Positions 29,701-41,798 of a stretch of DNA of 64,000 nucleotides are shown piece after piece. The position numbers and the translations under genes were made by a program. The stretch's first letter is position 1. Each line of letters begins with the position of its first letter. The notes below the pieces were generated by a model. It had not been told where the DNA came from. It did no database searches and saw only the letters and a list, made by a program, of their open reading frames with translations. This DNA is from the human T2T-CHM13v2.0 reference genome, Homo sapiens. The stretch is from the NCBI RefSeq assembly GCF_009914755.1, contig NC_060928.1. One strand, 5' to 3'.

Positions 29701-31789
29701 ATCTAGAAAGGTATCTTGGTATTAGACCTATGCAAACTAAGTTAAAACTACTGTGAAATTTTGCTTTTCTTTAGTATGTACTTATCTCTGCAATATATTG
29801 CTCTTTGGAGCAGCTCAATTCTGCATTTCTCTGTATACTGGTGTCTCCATGGGTGATAATTAACATTCTTAACCTTAGACACTGAAAAATGCCTTCTCTT
29901 TCCAAACAACAAGCATTGTTTGACATTTAGGTTTGTTTAAAGAGGAAAGATTGTGATATGTAATAGTGTAAACATGTAATAGTGAAGATACCTTCAGTTT
30001 TTTAGAAAGACAACTTCAAACTAGAGATAAATAAAGAAAAGCCCTACTGATGATGTGCCAGTTACTGTTCTGTTTACAGACTGTGTTAGAAAAATAAGCT
30101 GAAAAATAAAGCCAAGTCATTTAAAACTAATAAAACAATAATGTGACCACATGATTATTATGTGTGGGAAGCAAATCTTCCTACACTCAGCTTGACAAAT
30201 CCACCAAAAAAAAAGACATAGCGAAATATCAAACTATGAGATAAGAAATGAAACATCCTACATACATTTATATTATCATAATTATAAAGTTAATATCTAC
30301 TTATGGTATTATACAGTTATTTAAATATGTATATCATATGATATATAGATAGACTAAACGTTACATATGTGTATATATTATATTAGTTAGGGATAAATTT
30401 TCTAAAATTAATTTTTATTTAGTTCAGGACTAGACTTAAATTACAAAAGAAAATCTGTTTTTTCATATGATGTGATATCAGAGATACTAGAAATACTCAG
30501 TGTTTCCACAAATCCTTACACATTCGCTAAATGATGCAAGCAAATTCAGCAGAGGTGATATATTTTTTTTTCTTAAGAATTTGAAAGCCCTTAAATGTAG
30601 AAAACTGATGTCAACAAAATATGTCACTAGTAGTGATTGGCTGCCATTAATATGAGTGGTTGTGACTTGGAAGATATACTGTATCCCTCCTTGGAATTCA
30701 AAGTTTAGTATGCTAGGGAACTGGAGAAGTGCTGGAAATCTGATTTTGCTAAAAGTGCCCAAATCAAAGCCTTGTCTCCATCACAGTTTTGGCAAGGGTT
30801 ATTCCTGATAAAATGGAATAAACTGATACTTTCGTTGTTATGTCAGCTGATAGACTCAAATAATTTCAAATGCAGAATATAGAGTAAAACTCCTTGTGAT
30901 ATCCTTTGATAATCATATGGTAAATAGTTAATTTTTATTTAACTCATGGATTAATGCCTCGCCATGAGCCAAGCAAAAGACAACTGAGTCATAGGCAATC
31001 ATAGGATGACTTAAATCATGATTATTAAGACAATCAGAATGGATTACTAATTGTAAAAATATATTAACTGTGTGACATGTAAAATAAAACTGTGATGGTC
31101 TGGGCAATATTTTAGTGCAAAATATGATTTGATTAGAATTATCTTAGTCATATAGTTGCCTTGTTTCCTAGGCAACCATCAAGGTTTCATATGGATATAA
31201 TAGCATTTCCCAAAGCAAGTTCTGTGCAGCCTTGGTGGGGAGTGCTAGGAAAGAAAAGACTGGCAGGAATTGTGGTATGCCCCCTGAAAACCTGTGGCTC
31301 CCTGCCAAGAAACAGCACCCTTAGGTCATACATGCTTAGTAAACAATATTTTTCCTTCCTGGTTTTAAGAGTCTCAGAAGGCTTGTGCCACTAAAATCTA
31401 TTGTAATTTGTTGAACCCAGTGCTTTCCAAACTTAACTTGACTTTGATAATTCTTTTTAAAGTAACACATTTTAATTTCCATGAACTATACTTTGGGAAA
31501 TGCTGTAATAGAGTTAACCCTACAATAGATAAACCAAATTAGTGCATAATACTAAGATTTTTTTCAAGAGCTTCATTTTATATTTTAACTATGTCTTTTT
31601 GTGAAGAGGCAGTCAATAGCTGACTTTCCTAGATCTTCAACAAAATGAATCATGCTTGGTTTACAACCATCACCAGTACCTAGAGTGTGTGATTTCTATA
31701 GCATATCCTAGAACTTGCTCTCAAATACCATCTAAATCCTTCTATATTAGCTGACACTTTCAGTACTCACTATGTTTGGAGATTGTTCT

Positions 31790-31985
31790 TCTCCCTTGGG
31801 TGTCACTTATTGCCTAGCTACTGTGTGCCTATATTGCAAAGCTTTCCCTGCCAGGGTCACACAGACCCTGCAAGGAAGGGTATTATTTTACTTTTGCAAA
31901 AATAAGAACACTAGCTTACAGTAACTTAACTTGCTCATGATCACTGAGAGGCAGACTTGAATGAACTGGATCCTGTTTTCTGGGC
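31790..31985 (-). mobile_element. MIR fragment
   Basis: 'gcctagctactgtgtgcc...accctgcaaggaagggtattattttta...aacttgctcatgatcac'. Confidence 0.55.
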
Positions 31986-32937
31986 CACAGTGATACACCG
32001 TTCAATGGCCCTATTCATGCTGCAGTCCAGGCTCAAGGAACCCCGGAGTAGAGACTGCAATTCAGTTCTGAACTCATGTTCTCAGGCTTTACTTCTAGGC
32101 TGTGAACTTCTCAAGGGCAGGGACACTATTCAGTGTGATGTCGCCACTGTCTATAATAGTGCTTTGCAGTTCTTAGGAGGTGCTTGATAAAAGTTGAATT
32201 AAATTGACTACTTTGATTCTTATGTATTTAGTGGAAGATTACTGTGTTTTATTGGAAAGTGGACTGAGATTCAACAAAAGCAATGTATAAATGTATCTTA
32301 AGTTAGGAATTATCTCATCTATATCATACCAATTTATTTTCTTACACTTGACTGTCATTTACAGAAGTTGATATTTGAATAAGCCTTTTGTAGGCTGAGG
32401 TGGTAGACTAATAAATCTGGAAATATCTCAGAAAATAGAGTCTGGTGTTTATAGGATAGGCTTTGTATCTAGATGCTTAAGCAGTGACAAGTTCACAATT
32501 TTAAAAAATGATTAGGATCTTATATCAGAGGTAAGAGACTTAAAATTTTAGTTGAGGTACATAGCTAGTACTTTTTCTCTGGGGATGTTTGTCTAATAGG
32601 GTTAACTCTCTTTGTATAGAATGCCTGATGAGTTTATTAAGTAATCTGAAAGGATTATGCTATTAGTGAGAAACCAATATGCTCATGGAGATAGAATGAA
32701 ATCCATACAATAGTTAGTTAACAATACAAAAATATTTAATCATTCTTTTCTTTGCCCTGAAGACTTAAAACTAAGAAGATTATTCGAATGGTGAATTAAC
32801 TTGTTGAAGAGGCTATTCCAAAGGGATAGAATGAGACTAATTTCTGACTATGTTTTGCTAGTGATGGGTGGATGGGAACAAACATTACAAGAAATAGCAT
32901 AATGAATGTAGAAAATATTTCAGTTTGGAGATGTGCA

Positions 32938-33200
32938 TGAATTAGTTTCCTAGGTTTGCCACAACAAAGCATCCCAAACTGGTGGCTTAAAAAACAGAAA
33001 TTTGTTTCATGGTTCTTGAGCCTAGAAGGTCAAAATCAAGGTGTTGGCAGGACCATGCTCTCTCTGAAACTCTAAGGGAGAAGCGTTCTTTGTTTCTTCC
33101 TAACTCTGATGGCGGCCAGCAAGCCTTGTTGCTCTTGGCTTACAGTTGTGGTGCTCCAGTTCCTGCCTCTGTGGTCACACGGGCTTTGTCTGCATCCCCA
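32938..33200 (-). mobile_element. MLT1B/C LTR (partial)
   Basis: 'attagtttcctagg...ggtggcttaaaaaacagaaattt...aatcaaggtgttggcaggaccatgctctctctgaaactcta'. Confidence 0.8.
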
Positions 33201-33335
33201 TGTGATATCCATAAATTTCCTAAAAGCGTTAGATGTCCTTTTTTTTGTTTGTTTGTAGTACAGAATAAAACTCTTAAGCAACTTGTTTCCAAAAGATTAT
33301 TCCTTGAAAGTAGAGTTAAGACATAAAAGTTTTTC

Positions 33336-33634
33336 TATGAAACTACTAGAAGAAAACATAGAGGCAATGTTTCAGAATGTTGATCTAGGCAAATATTTTA
33401 TGGTTAAGATTTCAAAAGCATAAGTCAATAAAGACAAAAATAGACAAATGGGATTGTATTCAATTAAAAAGCCTCTGCACATCAAAGGAAATAATCAACT
33501 GAGTGAGGAGAAAACCTACAGAATGAGAGAAGATATCTGTAAAATACTCATCTGAAAAAAGACAGATATCTAGAATATACAAGGAACTCAAACAATTCAA
33601 TAGCAACAAACCCAAGTAAATCCATTAAAAAGGG
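33336..33634 (+). mobile_element. L1 ORF2 3' fragment (L1PB/L1MA-type)
   Basis: 'aaactactagaagaaaacata...aaaatagacaaatggga...tagaatatacaaggaactcaaacaa'. Confidence 0.85.
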
Positions 33635-35275
33635 AAGAAAACTATGGCTAGGTCATACTCATACCTTGTAGGATATTGTGCGCTGCGATTTAGATAACAG
33701 TGTCCTTTAAATTAGTAAGTCCATTTCTAAAACTGATATGACACATCTCTCCAAAGATTCTTGATAGAAAAAAAATAAGAGTGAAAAGGTTCAAAGAATC
33801 CAGTAAAATTATAGATGCTGTTGTATGTGTGTGGTAACAAAAGGAAGTGAAGTTGGGCCTACCTAATAAAACTATAATTGAATGAAAGGGTATTGGTGGG
33901 CTTATGAACAAATTTAGGAATGGTGGAATGCAAGGATGAAACCCAGGTGCCTGGGTATATAACACTTTCTGGAAAACTGAAATATCCCAGTCATTGCCAC
34001 TACTGTCTCAACAATCACCGTGTACCTTACAGCAAATATCCTTAGCTCATTCGTGGCCTAATTGAGGTTACACACACATGCCACAGCAAAAGAAGGCTCT
34101 AGCCCCCATGCCTTCCGTAGTGGAAAGGCGTTCCAGAAATAGCTTGTATGTCAAGGCTACACACAGGGCAGTGATCACCAACCCCCCCAAAAAATGTAAG
34201 GTGCCATTAGGAGGAGAAATGATGCGAGATATCCACTGTATACTAACAGGAGTGATGCCAGAAAGGATTAATAATTTGGGGAGTGGAATGATTTTATGAG
34301 ATGATAACTTTGCTAAAAATATGAGTCAGGTTTCTGCGTAAATCAGGTAAAGCAGCTACCCTTATTTGCAGACATCCTGAGAATGCAATATGATGAGCAA
34401 CTTCTGTTTCCCCAATCCTTGCTGAAGGTAAATAAGATTTATTGTTGCCAAAACTCTTCAATCTACAAAATATTTTTTTCTTTATAAAATGCTTTTGGTC
34501 TCTTGTTTCATGTCTATATATTTTCTAAGCCCTCTTCTTCTCCCATTGCATGGCTGTCCTCACCCTCACTCTTACCTTTGTTTTGCTGTTTGCAGGACCT
34601 CCTGGTCTCTGTCAGAAAAGACTTGTAACTTTCCAAATGAAATGTTGCAACTTCCTATTTTTCTGAAATCTATTTACTAAATGTTATGCAAGACATGAAA
34701 TTTTTGCCTACTTTATTCCACCATCATTTGTTTTATGAAACAAACAAACAAAAAAATCTCTAAACCTAACCCAAGTAGAAGATGCTTAACTTTAAGGAAA
34801 CACTAGGCAACAGGCAGTATCATGGGGTGTCACAGGATATGAACAATGGAAAGGTCTCTTGGAAACTGGAGGAGGTGCTACTGGGAACTAGCAGTGCTCT
34901 CTCCATCTCTCAGGGCCCAACCCACATGGTTTCCAGTTTCTTTGATTCTCTCTATCTCCTCTTTTATTCTGCTGCTGCTGCTTGGTCAGTCCTGAATCAA
35001 AGAGCCCTTGAAGGCCTTTTCATACCATGGATTAGTTAACGAACTTTCTCTCTTATAGAACATGAAGGATGTATCACTGGATAGCTAATTGGCCAATTAC
35101 CTGTCCTTGTTTAAGTATCTTTGTCAAGGTAGGCAAGGAAGGCAGACAACGCTGCACGCATAGGCCATGTGATGTGGATCGAATACGGCAGCTGCACAGG
35201 CCTCTCCCATCTCAGATTGTGAAATGATTAATTAATATTTTCAGTTAGTAAAAGAAACTGGGGTCAGCAACTCTA

Positions 35276-35298
35276 TGTGTGTGTGTGTGTGTGTGTGT
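35276..35298. repeat. (TG)n microsatellite
   Basis: About 11.5 TG units read directly. Confidence 0.95.
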
Positions 35299-36649
35299 AC
35301 CTGTGTGGGGGTTTATATTCACAAATATCTGTATATTTGATTAGAAAACCCACAGAGAGATCAAGGGCTCTCTATATCCTGCTAAGTTCTGAAGGATTCC
35401 CCCATAATGTGCCCCCACCTACTCACTACCCTATCCTCCAATGTCATAACTGCAATAGAGATCCACTTCCATCTGCTCGAGGCTATTTAGTAGTTCAATA
35501 ATAAACAAGGTTGTTGTTTAGAGAAAAAGAACCAGTGTTCCCCTGCCATTTTTTTCAAACTTTCACTTTACTTGTTCTGTCTTATTAGATCTAGTTACCC
35601 ATAGGACCTTTCCTATAATAAAGCAAACAGTTACTGCTAATTATATTTCAGGACTTGTAAGGAACACTAAAAATATAAAGACATATATGCCATTATATCT
35701 ACTTGCAGAGTATTTATAGTCTTTAGAGGGGAACAGAGAAGTAAATTAAAAACTAAAGGGTGGTGACATAAATACTATAAGAAAGAGAAATAAGGATGCA
35801 ATAGGAAACCCTGAAATCAGGTTTTTTTCTGACTTACCTCAGTTGACTAGCCCAGCACATTAGATCCACCCTCCCCTTTTCCAGCTCCTGAAGCTTACTT
35901 CAAACAAAACCTGTCTCACCTCCTCTCAGTCCCAAGACTCAGATCCATTTTCACACCTATGGACTATTTAGTTTTGATGAGAGTAAATAGCTTCTTCATA
36001 CTGTAACTATTCTACCTGATATCTTCAAATGTATTAACATTCCTTTATCCTGTAGTTATATAGTTGATGGTATTTCTTACATAACATTGTATTTCTGGTA
36101 CACCTTCTTGGTTTTAAGAAGTATTGCTACATTCATCATACTATGTGCTTGAGTTTTATTCATCTCCCTGTTGATGATTCCAGAAATGCAGGTTGATGTA
36201 TCACACAAATAGCCCCTCTAACTATAGTTCTCATAATAGACAACAGTTAAATATTTTTGTCACTCCTTAAAGCACTTTCTTAGAACAATGCCAACTAATA
36301 TGAGGCACAGAAGTGCATCAGTCATTACTGCTTTTGTTCACATATGCAATCTGTCATCACCAGCTTCTTTGCCTCTGCTTACAAAAATACTAAGTATTTC
36401 TCAACACTAAAGAAACACAAATTCAAAATTTTTCCGAAGTTATCTTGCTCCCACAAGGATATCCCTGCCTTTAAGGGCTAACTTCTCAGATTACACTCAC
36501 TACCTCTACTTCCTTACACTTACACCTTACGTCTTGAAACTTCACTTTGAATAATTTTGTAGTAGGGTTCCACGAACGACCAGCTCCTTCTTAAAACCTG
36601 CTTTTATATTCATCCCTTGGGGCTGGGCGTGGAGGGGCAGAAGAAAAAG

Positions 36650-36792
36650 TCAGATGTGGGTTCACATTCTAGCTCTGCTACTTCCTGAGGATCCTTTGTC
36701 ACAGTGGCAGACCATAAAATCGGATTAATAATGCTTACTCCTTAAAATAATTTACAAAATTAAAGGAGAAATCAGTTGTGCAAATCTGTCTC
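36650..36792 (+). mobile_element. MIR 5' part, interrupted by the retrocopy; 3' remnant resumes at ~39652-39700
   Basis: 'gggttcacattctagctctgctactt...ataaaatcggattaataatg...aattaaaggagaaatc' on the left; 'cattagataattaatcattttagttccctt' on the right. Confidence 0.55.
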
Positions 36793-36846
36793 TTTTTTTG
36801 CCCTTTCAGTTTATTTTATTTTTATATTTTTTAACATTTAAAGATA

Positions 36847-36852
36847 TTTATT
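36847..36852 (-). terminator. AATAAA poly(A) signal of the CTAGE-like 3' UTR
   Basis: tttatt on + strand, ~15 nt from the A-rich tail at 36810-36832. Confidence 0.7.
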
Positions 36853-37065
36853 TGAAAAATAATACCTTACAATCCTAGTCCTATCAATCAAACTTCAGTA
36901 AGAGCAATTTTAGCATCAACTAACAGTAGCTAAACTAACAACAGATCAACTGAAAGTGTTTTAAAGGGAGCAGAACCAGCTGATGTTCTGTAGAGTCCAT
37001 GGACATTCAGGACCTGGCTACAAGGAAAGCAAAGCCAAACCGGCAGGTGGTCTGGAGAGAAGCCC

Positions 37066-38546
37066 TCATACCCACACCGTGACCAGCTTCCCTCCTGGTG
37101 GCCCTAGCGGCCCATGAACCCCCTGTGGGGTTCTGAGCCCCTGTGGGCTGTGGGTCAAACCCCAGAATCCAAAGGGCCACTCAGGAAAGGCTAGAACTTG
37201 GAACTCAGTCATCTGGCTTCTGCGTGTTGTGGTCATTTTCTTTCTGGAGCACCTGGAGCACTCTCTTGGTGGACGTTGTGGCCATCCAGCCTTCCTGGGC
37301 CATTTTCTCACGGAAGAAGATCTCCCTATGAAAATTGGAAGCGTCTTCCTTCAATTCCTGGGCCAGGTCTTCTTGTAGTGGTTCTGAGCCATTTTCTTGT
37401 AGTAGTTGCGGGTGTAACACACACGTTTCAAATTTTTTTGCACCTTGAAAAGTCTCTGGTTGAGGTGCAGGCAGTGGGCGTCCTCCTCCGTGGACTCCTG
37501 CTGAGGCCCCATTGTGGGTTCTTGGTGCAGTGCAGGTGGAGTGGGATCCTCAGCTGCAGCTTCAGGAGCTCCTTCTCCAGCTGTGTCCTTGCACCCTGCA
37601 GAGAGCCCTGCTGGTCCAGTCAGACTTTGGACTTGTGCTGTGACTTCTTTCCTCCTTTGGATTTCTTTTCACAACTGCATGTCTGCTTCTTCAGTCTCCC
37701 CCTCAGGACATTCGAGGGACACATCTAAGTCACCATCATCATCCACACTCTTTGGAGGGTCTTGTGGCCAGGACACTGGGGAACCACCATGTCCCGCTTC
37801 CCTGTTCCCCTCCACTGCCGAGTTACCATCCTCACATGATCTCCCACCCTCAAGCAGATGCAGGATGCTCGGCGGGGTGTGGCCCGGGGAGGTCAATCAC
37901 CTCACTTCAACATTCGTGGTCTGCTTAATTCCAGTCTTGGCCTGCTCCTGCCTTTCCTTCTTCGCCTTTTTTCTGGCAAACGTTGCTTTCATCTCACAAT
38001 TTCTTGGTGGGGCAGCTCTGCAGGTGGCTGACAGTCCGTGCTGTCCTTCAGATCCTCCGCAGTTTGCCCCTGAAGATCTTCTCCCTCGTGCTGTGAAACA
38101 TGCGGGACCCGCTTTGTTCAGTCACTCGGGGAAGTTCAGGAGATTTGTGTTTTTGTGCTTTTTTCAGAGGCACCCCGAAGTCCTGATGGGAAGACTTGCT
38201 TATTTCCTTGAGAACCCTTGAGTAGAGGGTTTGGAGTGATCGAGGACTGGCCTGCGGCATGGGCAATATGAGGCCACCACCACCCTGGGGTGCTGGCTGA
38301 ATCTTGACTCTGGCCTTGATGATCTCACCCTGGGCCGACTCCCTTTGGGCTGGCTCTTCCCTTCTTCTCACCGCATGTCGTCTCCTGACTATAAAGGCCG
38401 CCACAACAGTGCACGACCGTATCACCCAGGATATCCATAGTTTGCAGGCATTAGTCCCAGGATTCTCTACATCACTAGCACTGTCACCCACATGTGGGCC
38501 AGCAGCAGCTCAGAAGGCATTTCGTGGTGGGAAGCAGGCCCTCCGT
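37066..38546 (-). pseudogene. Frameshifted, intronless CTAGE/MIA2 (TANGO1-family) coiled-coil pseudo-CDS
   Basis: Stitched frames give 'QDPPKSVDDDGDLDVSLECPEGETEEADMQL*KEIQRRKEVTAQVQSL', 'QLEKELLKLQLRI', 'YYKKMAQ..DLAQELKEDASNFHREIFFREKMAQEGWMATTSTKRVLQVLQKENDHNTQK'. These are collinear with recalled cTAGE5 'LNASLKTLEGERNQ...FENENQKLQQKLK...[57 protein letters not shown]'. Start context gccACGg at 38546; multiple stops and frameshifts. Confidence 0.8.
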
Positions 38547-39591
38547 GGCTCCCGAGAGCTCTGCAGCTCTGCCTCTCCTTGCCAGTGGCGTGTGGGCCAC
38601 AGCTGACCACTGGGAACTCTGCAGAGTGTTCCGTCTCCAACACAAGAAATGGCCCACCAACAAGGTAGACCATCCATCTGCTGGGGATAGGGAAGGTATC
38701 CTGTGTTCCAGAAAACTGTGTCCCTGATTTTGCTGTGCAAATAGAAAGTGACATTACTTATGCAATGCCTTGGGGAAGTGGAAAGAGCTCATGGCAGCCC
38801 CTAGCTCAAGCCACTCCAGATCCTACCAGGCCCTAAAGCAGAGCTAGAGAGTCAAAGCAGGGCCACGCCATGGTCCTGAGTCCACACATGATCCTCTCAA
38901 GGCAACATGGTGGCCCATCCCAGGTGAGGCTCATGACCGTGATTTCATGTTTCCTTCTGCTGCAGGGAAGCCTGGTCCTACTTGCAAAAAGTCTGTCTAC
39001 CTTGCTAGATTGAGCTGCCTGAAGAAAGGACTCTGTTTTCTTCATCTCCATATCCCATGTATCTAGCTAATGCTCACTACACTCCAGGGACTGGGTCATT
39101 GTTTATCTTATTTTTTTGTTGACTCTACTCTGACTTAGGACGTGCCACTTTCCCTCTTGACCTCCATATTCAGATCTGTACATAAGAGGAAGTGGGTAAA
39201 GTTCCCTCTAGCTTTAAAACTCCTCCAATACAGAGAGAACTCTGAAACCAGAGCCAGAAGCTGAGGAATGGTGAAGATGGTGAATGGAACATTTTCCTTG
39301 GCATGATGGAGGGGACCTGCAGGTTTGGCTATTAGGGTAGCATCTGGCCACTTCAATGCCTCTGCAGAATTTGATTCCAGCTTTCAAATCAGACTCAGAA
39401 ATGATCTTCAGTGTCGGTGGTTTTATGGTTTGTTTCTTTTTTTTAATTGACACAATAGCTTCTGAAAATCTTTTTCATGGAGAGTATGGGGGCTTCTTTG
39501 ACCAAATTGCGTGGGTGCAGACTCCATCTGCTCATCAGCCACTGTCTGGGCCACAGCGTGTCTTCAGAGTCCTGCTCCTGTACATAGGTTT

Positions 39592-39651
39592 AATCATGGC
39601 AGAAGGCAAAGGAGACCCAGACACGTCTTCCATGACCAGAGCAGGAGGCAA
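39592..39651 (-). mobile_element. MSTA (ERVL-MaLR) LTR-derived first exon of the retrocopy
   Basis: Minus strand 'ttgcctcctgctctggtcatggaagacgtgtctgggtctcctttgccttctgccatgatt' matches the MSTA R region and ends where the consensus continues GTAAGTTT. Confidence 0.8.
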
Positions 39652-40759
39652 TGTGCAGATCTTTCTCCATGCATTAGATAATTAATCATTTTAGTTCCCT
39701 TTCTGCATTCTTTCTTTTAGCAAATTGTGTGCCTTATGTGATACTGGCTTAGAACAATACCAAATAAGCTGTAGGAGTATGTAAGTTCTTAGAAAGAAAC
39801 TAGCGGAAGGTGATGGTTTTCAAAAGAGGGTTATATTTTCAAAGGGAAAATGTTATGGACCTAAACTGAGTATTTTACCTTTAATTTAATGTACGCTACA
39901 ATATATTTATACCAGTGAATAAAATCATGATTTTTTGCTTAAACGATTTTATTAAAGATAAACTGAGAATAAGATGACTGCTATCATGCTTTAAAAACAA
40001 GACTGTGTTCTCTTCATCAACATTTTCTTCCCCTTCATTTCAGATCACTTCTTCCCTTTTATTTCAGACCATAATTGATTCTACCTTTGAATTCTCCTAT
40101 CCTCCTCTAATTGCTACCAGCATATTTTCCAAGGAACTTCTTAAAAGTGTATTTTCAAGACACCTTTCTATATGCCTCTAACCAGAATTACATTCCTTTT
40201 CTTTTGTGCCCTTATAGCATACTGTGTATATTTATCATATGATGTTGCTTTTGTCGTTGTTGTTGTTTGTAACTTGCTTGGTTGTTGTTGCTGCTTTTCT
40301 GGACTTATCTTATTGATAGAATTCTACATTTTAGCATTAGAAGGGACATCTGAGTTTGTGGTCAACTCTAAAATGAGTCCAAAGTTCAACTTTACCTCTC
40401 AATTACTGAATAGACTTAGCAAGTTATAAAACCTCCTACCCATTAGATTCTGCCACTATAAAATTGAATTAATGTCAATTTTATAGAATGGTTATAAAGA
40501 TTAAAAATAATACCTCTAACTAACAGGGTGCCTGCTGTATAATAGGCCATCAGTAGTTATTACTTGTAAGATTTTAGACAGTGTACCTGAACATGTCTTT
40601 ATCCTGTGAAAGTTCTGTTACAGGGAATGCCTTGCGTTTAATATGTAATTGAAGAAAGGAAGAGTTGGAAAGATGATTGGACATCTAGGGCTATGGTGAT
40701 CACATGCATAGCTTGCAAAACTTAACAAAATAAAGATAATACTTAAGAATTTACAGGAA

Positions 40760-41055
<296 letters not shown>

Positions 41056-41403
41056 AAGAATTTACAGGAACACAGCTTAAAACACTGTAACTCAACTGTG
41101 GAAAGCTGGACAATAATTAAAATGGATATAGTTCTTACATTGTAATAAAGAAAGGAAGTGTTCTCTTTGTGCAAAGATCTGGTCAGTGGTTTTAAATGCA
41201 AAGTTAGAAAAACTTACTTATTAACTTAATAACAGATGCTAGTTAATATATAAACTTCATTTGCTTTGGTATAAGACTAATGATGCTACTTTCTTCTTTA
41301 AAATCATAATTATAAAGAATGAAATTACCTAATTTTAAGCAAAACTAAAAACACATTTTTCTGCATAGTAAGTAATAGAATGATCTACTGATCAAAAGCA
41401 CAG

Positions 41404-41492
41404 TAGTTTCTTTCTTTTGTACTACTGAGAAAGAATCATTAGTTCATAGTTTCTTTCTTTTGTACTACTGAGAAAGAATCATTCATTCATAG
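41404..41492. repeat. 43-bp tandem duplication (2 copies)
   Basis: tagtttctttcttttgtactactgagaaagaatcatt(ag/ca)ttca x2. Confidence 0.95.
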
Positions 41493-41798
41493 AAATCCCC
41501 AGGAAAAGGTATTTGCAATAATAAGGTCTAAAAATTCTGTATGCTTCGAAGTAGTTCCCCTGCAGGCATGAGGTAGACATTGTAGAAGCTGCTCAGAAAA
41601 CCATTAAGTCTTTTTAATCATGTTAACATTTTATGTTTAAATAAGTTAGTCATGAATATGAAATTGGAAATTTGGAAAAAGAATGTCTAAGATGATCAGT
41701 TTTCTCCTCTTACGATGAGTATGTGTCATCTGTTTGTGAGGACAAGACCATAGAAATGGCATTGTCCTATATAAGAAGGTGCTACATCTGAAAATTCT

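Larger units (their letters stand above)
36793..39651 (-). pseudogene. Processed retrocopy of an LTR-initiated spliced transcript carrying a CTAGE5/MIA2-like coding region
   Basis: Poly(T) at the left end; TSD tgtgcaaatctgtctc (36777-36792) / tgtgcagatctttctc (39652-39667); GC-rich block in AT-rich DNA; MSTA exon at the 5' end. Confidence 0.8.

Noticed and set aside
37198-38221. Long plus-strand ORFs (176 aa and 235 aa)
   Set aside because: They are antisense shadows of the GC-rich minus-strand CTAGE-like pseudo-CDS; no recognisable protein
38733-38745. 'tgtgcaaat' as an alternative right-hand TSD for the retrocopy
   Set aside because: Only 9 bp match and the bases adjacent to the tail do not match; the 16-bp match at 39652-39667 is longer and restores the split MIR
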